Below are positions 1-9,499 of a DNA stretch of 64,000 bases, in pieces. Made by a program: the position numbers and the translations under genes. The stretch is from Gemmatimonas sp. (GTDB lineage Bacteria; Gemmatimonadota; Gemmatimonadetes; Gemmatimonadales; Gemmatimonadaceae), in contig OZ257156.1 of NCBI GenBank assembly GCA_965279375.1, positions 2,432,001 through 2,496,000 of the forward strand. Reading direction: 5' to 3'. The first letter of the stretch is position 1. Each line of letters begins with the position of its first letter. The notes beneath the pieces are model-generated. The model saw nothing but the letters and a program-made list of their open reading frames with translations. It searched no databases and was not told the DNA's origin.

Positions 1-2
1 GG

Positions 3-1031
3 ATCATCTCCATCGTGGCCTACAACGTCATTCGGACGCGTGCGCAGTTGCGCATGTTCTTCGCGTTCGCGCTGGTCTGCTTCCTCCTCTTCCCGGTGCG
101 CGGTGCGTTCATCAACTACTTCGGTGGTTATGACATGCAGGGGCGTGCGCTCTGGAACTTCACGTACGCCAACCCGAACGACCTTGCCGCCTTTGGCATC
201 CTCTACGGCACGTTCGCGCTGGTACTGGCCACGCTGGCGCGCAATAAGCTGACCCGCTGGCTGTCGTTGGGCAGCGTTGGGATCATCGTGCTGTTGATCC
301 TCTTCACGCAGTCACGCGGCGCACTGCTGGCCGTGATGGGCATGCTGACGGCGATCGTCATTCCGCGATTGAAGAATCCGCGCGTCATCGTTGGCGTGAT
401 CGGGCTGGGAATCGGCGCGGTCATGTTCGCACCGGCGAGCGTGTGGACCCGCCTTTCCGGTCTTGCCAAGATCACCTCGTCGGACAAGATGCAGCTCGAC
501 AAGGAGCGCTCCGCCGAACAGCGCTTCCAGATCATGCAGATCGCGGCGATCATCGCCAACGATCATCCGATTACCGGAGTGGGTCCGGGTGTCTATTCGT
601 ACGTGCACTACATCTACGCGCAGCGATTGCAGAGCCAGTTCCCGATCGCGCTTGGCCGCAAGGATGCGCACAACACGTATCTGAGAACGGCTGCCGAAAC
701 AGGCTATGTGGGGCTCGCGCTGTTCATGGCGCTGGTTGGCTCGATGCTGTACTGGGCCTATTCGTCGGCCAAGAAAGCGCGCGGCAGCGATCGCGAGGTG
801 CTGCGCTTTCTCGCGTACGGTCTGACCGCGTACATGGCCGCCGGATTCTTCGGCTCCTACCAATATTTGAGCATCCTGTACGTGCACTTGGCGCTGCTCG
901 AAGCAACCATCCGTGACGTCAAGGATCGCGCGACGGTGCAAGTCCCCGTGCGCCGCGCACGCCGCTCGTTCGTGCCGCGCATGACGGCGGGCGTGCCGGC
1001 CGGCATGCCCCGCCAGTCACCAGCCGTCTGA
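3..1031 (+). CDS. O-antigen ligase / Wzy polymerase-family membrane protein (5' partial)
   Basis: Multi-TM protein with NPNDLA, TQSRGA, R..I...A......P..GVG.G and AHNTYL..AAETG.VG motifs typical of Wzy_C. Frame is open to the window edge. Confidence 0.85.
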   Translation: MISIVAYNVIRTRAQLRMFFAFALVCFLLFPVRGAFINYFGGYDMQGRALWNFTYANPNDLAAFGILYGTFALVLATLARNKLTRWLSLGSVGIIVLLILFTQSRGALLAVMGMLTAIVIPRLKNPRVIVGVIGLGIGAVMFAPASVWTRLSGLAKITSSDKMQLDKERSAEQRFQIMQIAAIIANDHPITGVGPGVYSYVHYIYAQRLQSQFPIALGRKDAHNTYLRTAAETGYVGLALFMALVGSMLYWAYSSAKKARGSDREVLRFLAYGLTAYMAAGFFGSYQYLSILYVHLALLEATIRDVKDRATVQVPVRRARRSFVPRMTAGVPAGMPRQSPAV

Positions 1032-1134
1032 TCGAGCGTCTGCCGCACGCTGAGCGCAGACGCACCGCGCTCCGCGTGCACGCACGGTCGAGTCGCGTGC
1101 CGGCCCGCGCGACGCGCAGTCGCCTCGTCAGCCG

Positions 1135-2631
1135 CTAGCCGCGGCCCCGAAGTCGGCGTACCGCCTCGATGGTTTGCCGGACGCGCGGGCCTTCCGCCGC
1201 CAGCAGATATCCCGCGTACGTGGCCAATCCCACCGCCACGGTCAGCACCAACCGAACGACCGACGGCAGCTCTGCGCGCTCGAGGAAGTAGAACGTCGGT
1301 GTCGTGACGGCAGCCATGATGATCGTGGCGACGAGACTGGGCCGAAGCGCCTTGAAGAGCTGACTCCACGGCAGCTCGATCTCCTTGGCCGCCTCGCGCA
1401 GCTGCGTGGCCACAATGATCGGATAGAAGCTCGTCCAGACCAGCGCCACGGCAAGTGCGCTGTAGTGCGCGGCGACGTAAAAGGCGCCCGGAAGGATGAA
1501 GAAACCGATCAGCGACTGCCGACGCGCGGCTGCCGCGTTCCCCATGGAGATGAGGATCTGTGACGACATCGGTGAGACAGAGCGAATGGCGGCGAACACC
1601 GACAACGCCTGAATCAGTGGGATGGCTCCCACCCACTTCTCGCCGAGGACGACGCGGACAAGATCCGGCGCGATGATCGCCAGTCCGACGCTGACGGGCA
1701 TCAGCACGAGGCTGAGCGCTTCGAGCAGCAGCAGCACGTACCGACGGAATTCGCTCAGGTCATTGCGGACCTTGGCGAAGATCGCCGGCGTGACGCTGAA
1801 GATCAGCGACGAGATCTTCTCGTTGGGCAGGGTGACCAAGGTCCATGCCATGGAGTAGTCACCGAGCACCGCCTGACCGAGCTTGCGTCCAACGACCGCG
1901 AAGTCCGCGTTGGAATACGAGTACCACGCCAAGCGGCTGACCAGCACGTCTCGACTCATCTTCACGAAAGGGCCGACAACCTCGCGTTGTGGCGCGGCCG
2001 GACGGAGCCCCGTGTGATGCAGCAGGAGTCCTGTCAGCACCAGCGTGCCGATCAACTCACTCAGTACCTGCGACCAGTAGCGGCCTCCGAGCAGCGCGAT
2101 GGTGAGCATGCAACCGCTGGCCACCACGGACTTGCCGATCTCCATGCCGGAGAGCCCCTTGAAGCGAAGCTCGCGGCGAAGGATGGATGTGGGTACGGCG
2201 TTGACCGTAGCCAGACCGACGCTGAGCCCCAGCACGGGCAGAATCTTGGCCACTTCGGGCACATGCAGCAGCGCGGCGGCCGGGATGGCGATGGCAGCGA
2301 GGATCACACTGGCTGCGGCGCCACAGAGCAGACCTACGCCGAAGAGCTGGCGGCTCTGGAGTTCGGTGAGCGACGGGGCGGCAACGATCGCGGACCCGAC
2401 CCCGAACTCCGCGATCAGGGAGACGACGCCGACAACAGCGGTGGCGGCGGCGACGATGCCGAAGTCCGCCGGCGACAGAATGCGCGCGACGGCGAGAAAA
2501 ATCGCCCACGTAAAGAACTGCGTAGAAAAACGCGACGCAGCCGTCCAGATGATACCGGACGCAAAGACTCGATCGAGACGCCTAGGCACCTGTTGGTCCA
2601 GCGGAAGCTCGACGTCCAGCGGAGTCGTCAT
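1135..2631 (-). CDS. wzx: Wzx-type oligosaccharide flippase
   Basis: About 12 TM segments; ARILSPADFG, EFGVGSAIV, LRRELRFK, LGEKW motifs of the polysaccharide biosynthesis flippase family. Confidence 0.88.
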   Translation of the reverse strand: MTTPLDVELPLDQQVPRRLDRVFASGIIWTAASRFSTQFFTWAIFLAVARILSPADFGIVAAATAVVGVVSLIAEFGVGSAIVAAPSLTELQSRQLFGVGLLCGAAASVILAAIAIPAAALLHVPEVAKILPVLGLSVGLATVNAVPTSILRRELRFKGLSGMEIGKSVVASGCMLTIALLGGRYWSQVLSELIGTLVLTGLLLHHTGLRPAAPQREVVGPFVKMSRDVLVSRLAWYSYSNADFAVVGRKLGQAVLGDYSMAWTLVTLPNEKISSLIFSVTPAIFAKVRNDLSEFRRYVLLLLEALSLVLMPVSVGLAIIAPDLVRVVLGEKWVGAIPLIQALSVFAAIRSVSPMSSQILISMGNAAAARRQSLIGFFILPGAFYVAAHYSALAVALVWTSFYPIIVATQLREAAKEIELPWSQLFKALRPSLVATIIMAAVTTPTFYFLERAELPSVVRLVLTVAVGLATYAGYLLAAEGPRVRQTIEAVRRLRGRG

Positions 2632-2708
2632 GCGTCACTCGCGAGTTGATCGACGAAGCGAGGCGACCGACGCGATGTGGCGGCGCGTTCAGGTTGATTC
2701 TTCGCTGG

Positions 2709-4604
2709 TCACTTCGTCCAAGCATTCGAATTCAAATCTAGCCACGAAGACAGTTGTACTAGATTGAAAATCGTCTGGCTGTGATCATCGGCACCAAGTC
2801 GCTGTTCCTGTAGGACTCGGTTGACTTCCGTCACATTCACCCAGCCTGATGCAGAGACCGGACCCTCGAGAATCGTGGTCTGAAGCGAGTTGAGCATCTC
2901 CGAAGAGAACCAGCTGCGAATGCCGTTCGGAAAGCCGTACTTGACCTTCCGATCGACGACCGACGCCGGAATTTGTCCGCGCATCGCGTCTCGCAGCGAC
3001 CGCTTGTTCCAGCCGTCCCACATCTGTGCCTCGAGCGGCAGGCGAAGGCCGAATTCGACGAGACGATGGTCGAGGAAGGGCACACGCGACTCGATGCTGT
3101 GCGCCATGGAATTCCGGTCTTCGATTCGCAGATACTGCGGCAGTGGAGTCCGGAAGACCGCCTGACGCAGTGACGGCCCGAGCCGCGTGTCCGAGGCGTG
3201 TAGCGGATTCGGTGTGATGAGGGCGGCGAAATCGCGCGTCAGCAGCGGGCTGCTCGCGTCACGGCGAGCGAGACGGACCTGGCGCTGGTGGCGGTAGGCC
3301 GGGATGCGGCTGAGCAGTGTGCCGCGGACCGCACGCGCGCAGCGCAGCAACACCGCCGACACCGGCGTGCCGTTCTGCTTTGCCAGTAGCGAGGCCTGAC
3401 TGAGCAGCGATGGGAACCGGCCCTGCATGGCCAGCGACACGAACAGACTGTCGAAGTAGCTCGGGTAGCCCGCGAGGCTTTCGTCGGCGCCATGCCCCGA
3501 CAGCACCACGCGAATGCCATTCGATGCAGCCAGACGGTATAGCTCGTAGCCGATCAGTGCGGACGCCGAGTGTACGGGCTCATCCTGATACCAGACGAAG
3601 TCGCGCATCGAATCGAGCATGTGCGCCGCCGAGGCGTCAGTCACGCGATGGGGCAGGACTTTCGTCTGCTCGATGGTGTCGCGCAGCTGCGCGGTTTCGT
3701 CATATCCATCGCCGGCGTAGCAGAAGGCGTGGATGGGGAACGTGCGTCCCTCGGGGCCGCCGGTGAGCTTCGAGAAGCGGCAGGTGATCGCGGTGGAGTC
3801 CATCCCGCCGGAGAGCAGCACTCCCACCGGCACATCGGCACGCAGGTGCAGCTTCATCACGTCGTCGAACAGCGCGTCGAAATCCTCGGTGCGCGAGGCG
3901 CCGTCATCCGGCACGTTGTCGGCCGACCAGTACAGGCGGCGCGTGACCGTGCCCTCGGGAGAGACGGTGAGGCATTCCCCCGCGTGAATCTGTTCGACGC
4001 CGGCGAGGAAGGTCTCGCGCGACTCGGGCATCGCATCGGTGCGCCCGACGGCCAGCCACTCCGCGAACCGAGCGAGATTCGGCCCCTCGGTCCACAGCCC
4101 TGAGTGACGGATGACCTTCAGTTCGGAGGCAAACAGCAGCCCCTTCTTTGACGCGTACAGGAAAAGCGGCTTGATGCCGAAGCGGTCGCGTGCGATGAAC
4201 GCCGCCCCGGTCCGTCGATCGACGATGCAGAACGCGAACATGCCGCGCAGGCGGTCCACGCAGGCCGCGCCCCACTGCGCGTATGCAGTGAGAAGCACTT
4301 CGCTGTCGCCGCTGGAGCGAAATTCGTGACCGAGCGCACGGAGTTCGGCGCGGAGTTCTACGTAGTTATAAATCTCCCCATTGAACACCATCGCAAATCG
4401 ACCTGCCGGGTCGAGCATCGGTTGATGCCCGGCGCTGGAGAGGTCGAGAATGGAAAGTCGACGAAAGCCGAGGCTCCAGTGTCCCTCCGAGAAGAGTCCT
4501 GAGTCATCTGGACCGCGGTGACGAATGGTGTCCAGCGCCGCTTGAACCCAGTCAGCTTGGATCTGTTTTTCCGCAGCGCTGAAAAACGCCAGAAAGCCAC
4601 ACAC
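2709..4604 (-). CDS. asnB: Asparagine synthase (glutamine-hydrolysing)-family amidotransferase #1
   Basis: Start reassigned to GTG at 4604, which restores the Ntn N-terminus (M)CGF. HRGPD, RRLSILD, FNGEIYN, LSGGMDS and E.RVPFLD motifs. Confidence 0.9.
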   Translation of the reverse strand: MCGFLAFFSAAEKQIQADWVQAALDTIRHRGPDDSGLFSEGHWSLGFRRLSILDLSSAGHQPMLDPAGRFAMVFNGEIYNYVELRAELRALGHEFRSSGDSEVLLTAYAQWGAACVDRLRGMFAFCIVDRRTGAAFIARDRFGIKPLFLYASKKGLLFASELKVIRHSGLWTEGPNLARFAEWLAVGRTDAMPESRETFLAGVEQIHAGECLTVSPEGTVTRRLYWSADNVPDDGASRTEDFDALFDDVMKLHLRADVPVGVLLSGGMDSTAITCRFSKLTGGPEGRTFPIHAFCYAGDGYDETAQLRDTIEQTKVLPHRVTDASAAHMLDSMRDFVWYQDEPVHSASALIGYELYRLAASNGIRVVLSGHGADESLAGYPSYFDSLFVSLAMQGRFPSLLSQASLLAKQNGTPVSAVLLRCARAVRGTLLSRIPAYRHQRQVRLARRDASSPLLTRDFAALITPNPLHASDTRLGPSLRQAVFRTPLPQYLRIEDRNSMAHSIESRVPFLDHRLVEFGLRLPLEAQMWDGWNKRSLRDAMRGQIPASVVDRKVKYGFPNGIRSWFSSEMLNSLQTTILEGPVSASGWVNVTEVNRVLQEQRLGADDHSQTIFNLVQLSSWLDLNSNAWTK

Positions 4605-5086
4605 TATAGGGCGTTGCAAAAAGGTCTGGGGGAGCGGCACTGCCACAGCTGACGGCTGATGACCGACCGTCTTGGCAGGAGAGAAAGCACGTCCGGGAAG
4701 GCCTCGCGAGCTCTGCCTTGACAAATTAGCATAAGCTGGCGCGCTCCGGGGCGGCGAAACAGTCGAGCCACAATCCACTCCTTATCGCAAGCTTAGCCGG
4801 GCGAGCGGTTGAAAAACGTCTCCCAGCGGAGATCCGCGGGTGCAGGACGACTTGACGGGTGCGCAAATCGAGACGCCTGCGCCTCGCTTGAGCCTGGTCA
4901 GCCTGCCCTCACGGTGTCACCAGCTGGCCCGCGGCTCGCACAAAGGACGATCGAAGCCGCCACGAGTGACAGCCTCGCGGGCGTCCTCGCGACCCCCGGG
5001 AATCGAGGGCGTGAACGTGCAATCCATCATTACTTTGCACCGCAGGACCTCGCTTCCCCGCGCACCATCTCCACCGGAACGGACTT

Positions 5087-6217
5087 CTGTCGAACTCTCC
5101 ATCCTCCGCACGAGCAACCGGCCAACGACCGTTCAGCGGACATCTGCTCGAACTCGATGGCTTTCGTGCAATCGCTGTGTGGATGGTGGTGCTCGGTCAC
5201 ATGGTCGATGGCTGGCCTCTCCCCAGAGAGGCGACCGCGTGGATGCCGGGCGTGCTCTCGCAGGTCATCTCGCACGGTTGGCTCGGTGTCGATTTGTTCT
5301 TCATCCTGTCCGGCTTCCTGATCACCGGAATTCTGTCGGATAGCAGGCGCGAGCCATCGTTCTTCAAGAACTTCTACGGCCGACGCGCGCTTCGCATTCT
5401 GCCGCTGTACTTCGTCTGCATCGCGATCATGTACGCGTGCTACGGCGGTTCGTACTTTCTGGTGGCTGCGCTGTTTGCCGCGAATTTCGCTCCTGCCTTT
5501 GGTGTGTCCACGCCGCATGGGCCAGGCGTGTTCTGGTCGCTCTCCATCGAGGAGCACTTTTACTTCGTCTGGCCTGTTGCCGTTCGACTTCTCGAACGAC
5601 GAGCGCTGCTGGTGCTGGCCATCGCCATTGTGGTTGGCTCTCCGATACTGCGCTGGTTCGCGGTCACGTCCGGCGTGAGCAGCATGGGTGTCTACCAGTA
5701 CTCGCAGTATCGGTTTGATGGACTCGCACTGGGCGCGTGCCTGGCGATCTGGGCCCGCTCGAGCTACGCGAACCGTCGTGGGGCCGCCATCCTGGTTGCG
5801 ACGCTACTCGCGACCATCACGGTGGCGACGCTCGGCACACTGCACCTCGGCGTGCTGGAGTCCGGGACGCCCATGGGCGTCGCGTTGCGCTCGACGCAGG
5901 CCCAATTCCTGTTCGCAAGTGCCGTCGTTGTCGCGCTCACATTGCGCGGGAGCATGCTCACCGCGCCCCTGCGCTCGGGCTTCGCTCGATTCAGCGCAGG
6001 CCTCAGCTACTGTATCTATCTCATCCACCTCTCGATCGGTGACCTCTACTACTGGTCGCTCGGTCGACTCGGCGTGGAAGAACTCCCGATGTTCGGTGCT
6101 GTCGGTGCGTTGGCCGTTCGGTCTGCCGTGATCATCGGCGTCACGTTGGCGCTCGCGATGCTATCGCAAAAGTACCTGGAGGCCCCGTTCATGAAGCTGC
6201 GCAAGCACTTCACGTAG
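5087..6217 (+). CDS. Acyltransferase-3 (OafA/YrhL-like) membrane O-acyltransferase
   Basis: LDGFRAIA, GVDLFFILSGFLI, RRALRILPLY, WSLSIEEHFY and SYCIYLIH motifs. Start proposed at CTG 5087 (see findings); the ORF track starts at 5177. Confidence 0.85.
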   Translation: MSNSPSSARATGQRPFSGHLLELDGFRAIAVWMVVLGHMVDGWPLPREATAWMPGVLSQVISHGWLGVDLFFILSGFLITGILSDSRREPSFFKNFYGRRALRILPLYFVCIAIMYACYGGSYFLVAALFAANFAPAFGVSTPHGPGVFWSLSIEEHFYFVWPVAVRLLERRALLVLAIAIVVGSPILRWFAVTSGVSSMGVYQYSQYRFDGLALGACLAIWARSSYANRRGAAILVATLLATITVATLGTLHLGVLESGTPMGVALRSTQAQFLFASAVVVALTLRGSMLTAPLRSGFARFSAGLSYCIYLIHLSIGDLYYWSLGRLGVEELPMFGAVGALAVRSAVIIGVTLALAMLSQKYLEAPFMKLRKHFT

Positions 6218-6241
6218 CCAGCGAGTGCGAGTGTCGGCGTT

Positions 6242-6265
6242 GCGAGGCTGCGAGTGCAGCCTCGC
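6242..6265. terminator. GC-rich hairpin between convergent genes
   Basis: GCGAGGCTGC-GAGT-GCAGCCTCGC, 10-bp stem between stops at 6217 and 6292; no U-tract. Confidence 0.5.
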
Positions 6266-6291
6266 CGACCGTGCCTAATTGGGAGCGGGGA

Positions 6292-7056
6292 TCAGGCCCC
6301 CGTTCGATGCACCATGAACGCCTTGGCTTGTGCGCCCTCCTGCCAGTACGGCTCGAGCTCCAGCTCGGGGTGCTTCTCCAGCCATTCCCGACAGGCGCGC
6401 TGCTCGCCGAAGTTGCGGTCGGCTCGGTAGCGATACCAGTCGTGAAAGATGATCACGGACCCCTGCACGAGCAGGTCAGTGCAGAACTCGAGCACGGGAA
6501 CGGTGGATTCGTAGAGATCGCAGTCCACCATCACGAGCGCCGCTTGCGTGAGCTGATGCTCGCGCTTCACCGCCGGCGTCAGACTCGCATCGTAGAAACC
6601 GCGCACGGTGCGAATTCGCTCGCGCGGAACTCCCTTCCGCTGCACGTTGGCGAGAAACTCCGGCTCGGAACAGGCAAACGCGCCCGGGTTGTAGTCCGAC
6701 GCACGCGCGATCTCATCGCCCGGCGGCAGGCCTTCGAAGGAATCGAACGCGAAGAGCCGTGGTGGGCGATTGCGCCACGCCTGATACTCCGGACTGCTGT
6801 GACTCTGCGGACTATCGCGGTACTGCGCATCACGCCACCAGGTCAGCGCGTGATACGCCTCGGCGAACGAGTAGCCGGACATCACACCGAATTCGAGATA
6901 GTCACCGGGAACCTGATTCCAGGCGATATGCGACGCGGCGCAGCGGATGCAGCCGTGGTCACCGATGTATTGCAGGTGCCGCGGCTCCGGCGAGATGACG
7001 AACTTGCCGGCAAGACGACGCAACGGCGTGAGCGCCGAACGAAGGAGAGAGTTCAC
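6292..7056 (-). CDS. TylF/MycF/NovP-family O-methyltransferase
   Basis: GDYLEFGV, FDSFEGLP, VDCDLYES and IFHDW motifs. Confidence 0.85.
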   Translation of the reverse strand: MNSLLRSALTPLRRLAGKFVISPEPRHLQYIGDHGCIRCAASHIAWNQVPGDYLEFGVMSGYSFAEAYHALTWWRDAQYRDSPQSHSSPEYQAWRNRPPRLFAFDSFEGLPPGDEIARASDYNPGAFACSEPEFLANVQRKGVPRERIRTVRGFYDASLTPAVKREHQLTQAALVMVDCDLYESTVPVLEFCTDLLVQGSVIIFHDWYRYRADRNFGEQRACREWLEKHPELELEPYWQEGAQAKAFMVHRTGA

Positions 7057-7097
7057 AGGAGTGGAGGTGCTGAGGAGCGGGGAAGTGGAGTGTCTCG

Positions 7098-8201
7098 CTA
7101 GGCTCGACGGCCCAGCAGCCGATGCGCGCGTCGCAAGCCTGACGCGATCGCACTGCGGCCCGGATGTGGGTACAGCACCCAGTCTTCACCGATGGCAGCC
7201 AATTCCTTGCTGAACCATCGCTTGAAGTCGGAAATCCCACCCAGCGGGTCGGCACTGTCGTGCGTTCCCAGCGTTACGCCGCCGAGGTCGAACCACGCGG
7301 CGCCGCGGCGGTGCGACCACTGAATGAGGTCCCAGAGCAGCGGATAATTGAGCGCGACTTTGAGGTCGGTGGCTCGCGTCGAGCCGGCCGAATCGTAGTG
7401 CGCGAAATCGCCGTGACAGCCGCCCCACGCGAAGGCGAGTAGCGACTCGGGGTCGTTCTCTCCTGCGCGGAACAGTCCGACGAGACGCGAGTGATCCGGA
7501 ATTGCGTTCGAAAGCGTGATGCGTTCTGCCCATGGCGCCGGCGTCGCAACACCGCCGGTGCGCGACATCGTCTCCTCATTGAGCGCCGCCAGGCGCGATG
7601 CGAATCGCACGTCGTCGATGGGACGCACTTCAACGGGCTGCTTCTCGCCCTGCCTGATGTCGCGGCGCGTCTTCGTGGAGAACGATGCGAACACCGCATC
7701 CAGCGACGGCGAAAGATCGACGACCAGCGTATCGCGGTAGTGTCGTGGTGCCGGACGCCGCTCGAATCCGAGCGCCCTCAGCTGTGTGGCGGCAAGCGCA
7801 TGTTGCTCGGGCGTGCGGAGCACGAGCTCCACCTGCAACTCGAGTACGCGGCTGTCCTCACGCACTGCATCGCAAATGGCGCTCACGACCGTCTGGCCGG
7901 CCTCCGACAAGATCGAGGAGCCGGCGCGGTCCACGCGTGCGATGACATGGCCTGGCAGCGCGTTGGAGCGATGGCGAGCCAGCGCAAACGCCGCACCGGC
8001 ACGACCGTCGGCAGTGCGCGCACCGAACAACCAGTTCGCAGCGCCGGGCATGTGTTCCGCCCACGCCGCGCGACTCGCGAGCGGCAGCGGGACGTGCAGG
8101 GCATCCAGCTCTTGCTCGAACCGGCGCCAATGATCGTCCACTGTGCGACACGACAGCAGCGCGGCCGATGCGGACGCCGCATCCGCAAAATCGGTCGTCA
8201 C
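7098..8201 (-). CDS. FemAB/FemX-like GNAT-fold protein
   Basis: TLVVDLS...VFASFSTKTRRDIR, LLWDLIQW, WFDLGG, GISDFKRWF pattern of FemAB-related proteins. GTG start overlaps the upstream TGA (GTGA). Confidence 0.75.
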   Translation of the reverse strand: MTTDFADAASASAALLSCRTVDDHWRRFEQELDALHVPLPLASRAAWAEHMPGAANWLFGARTADGRAGAAFALARHRSNALPGHVIARVDRAGSSILSEAGQTVVSAICDAVREDSRVLELQVELVLRTPEQHALAATQLRALGFERRPAPRHYRDTLVVDLSPSLDAVFASFSTKTRRDIRQGEKQPVEVRPIDDVRFASRLAALNEETMSRTGGVATPAPWAERITLSNAIPDHSRLVGLFRAGENDPESLLAFAWGGCHGDFAHYDSAGSTRATDLKVALNYPLLWDLIQWSHRRGAAWFDLGGVTLGTHDSADPLGGISDFKRWFSKELAAIGEDWVLYPHPGRSAIASGLRRAHRLLGRRA

Positions 8202-9385
8202 TGCACCTCTCCGCCGAGGCCCGCGTAGCGACGGAGATCGTGCACCGCGCGCAAGGCGTACAGCTTGCTTCGGTGCACGCGATAGCGCAGCGAGTAATTC
8301 GTTGCGATCGAGCGATGCGTTCCCGCGGATGCCAACGAGTACGAGTCGGTCGCCTGCTTGCGCGCGTCCTCGTAGAACGACGCGATCTTGTCGGCGGTCA
8401 TGCCGTCGCTCTTGAGCCAGCGCGGAATGTAGGTCTGCGCGAGAACGGCAACGTCAGTCAGCACCTTCGAGAGACCCGTGCCCGTTGCCGGACACACGCT
8501 CTGGTAGCTGTCACCGATCAGCACGAGTCCCGGGCGCTTGATCGCGTTGGCCACATACAGGTCGATCGGGAACGATTCGACCTTGCTGGACACGCGAAAG
8601 TCTCCTGTGAGATGAAACATGCCGGGCACCAGTCGCTGCAGCTCATTGCGCGCATCGTTGAGCAGCGCACGAACGCCGGCGTCGGTGGGGGCCTGATACA
8701 GGAACATGTTCACACGCATCGCATCGCGCAGCGGGAAGATCGTGACGTAGTCCACGATCTGATCGAGACGCGTCGGCATGTACGTGATCGACTCGAAGTC
8801 GAATCGCTCGCGTCCTTGTGGCTCGATATCGAAGCCGTACGCCATCGAGTGATTCTGGCTGATGACTTTCTTGCCGATGTCGAGCTGCTGATGGAGTTTG
8901 CCGCTGGTGGCGCCGGCGCTGAGTACCACAAGACGACAGGTGATGGTGCGACCATCCATCAGCGACACGCGTTGCTGCGTGTCCGATGTCTGGATTTCAT
9001 TTACGCGGCCGTGCACCGGCTCGGAAACGGCAGCGGCCGCCGCACGCAATGCGTTGACCAGCTCGTGATAGTGCACGCCGTATTGCTCCGGGCGCGCCAC
9101 ACCGACGAATCGACGACCGCGCGCCGTGACCACCTTCTGAATGCGGTGCGCGATCGGTTCGACAACGTGCATGAGCCCCAACTCACGAAACAGGTCGGCC
9201 TGATCGGGCTCCACTTTCTCTGCCTTGAAGCAAGGCGCGCACTCGGTGCGCGCATCGACGAGCGCCGTGCGCACGCCGGCAGCACCAAGTACGTAGGCCA
9301 ACGACGCCCCCGCGGCACCTGCGCCCACGATGCAAACGTCGACATCGTCGGCGGTGTGTCCATTTCGCAAAAGGGAGTCAGTCAC
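8198..9385 (-). CDS. FAD-dependent oxidoreductase (aromatic hydroxylase/GGR-like fold)
   Basis: DVCIVGAGAAG Rossmann motif and VLIGDSYQSVCPATGTGLSKVLTD (GD..H...P..G.G-like) motif. Confidence 0.75.
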   Translation of the reverse strand: MTDSLLRNGHTADDVDVCIVGAGAAGASLAYVLGAAGVRTALVDARTECAPCFKAEKVEPDQADLFRELGLMHVVEPIAHRIQKVVTARGRRFVGVARPEQYGVHYHELVNALRAAAAAVSEPVHGRVNEIQTSDTQQRVSLMDGRTITCRLVVLSAGATSGKLHQQLDIGKKVISQNHSMAYGFDIEPQGRERFDFESITYMPTRLDQIVDYVTIFPLRDAMRVNMFLYQAPTDAGVRALLNDARNELQRLVPGMFHLTGDFRVSSKVESFPIDLYVANAIKRPGLVLIGDSYQSVCPATGTGLSKVLTDVAVLAQTYIPRWLKSDGMTADKIASFYEDARKQATDSYSLASAGTHRSIATNYSLRYRVHRSKLYALRAVHDLRRYAGLGGEVQ

Positions 9386-9499
9386 TGGACTTTGCCGAGC
9401 GGGGTGAAACGGAGCAAGGGGCGACCGTGTCGGAATGACGATCCGGACCCTCGTGCATCACAATAAAAGCTGAACGGCTGCCCGGCCGCCAGCGCACCC

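Noticed and set aside
4605..4778. N-terminal extension of asnB#1 in the ORF track
   Set aside because: Ntn amidotransferases need Cys at position 2; GTG 4604 is the fitting start.
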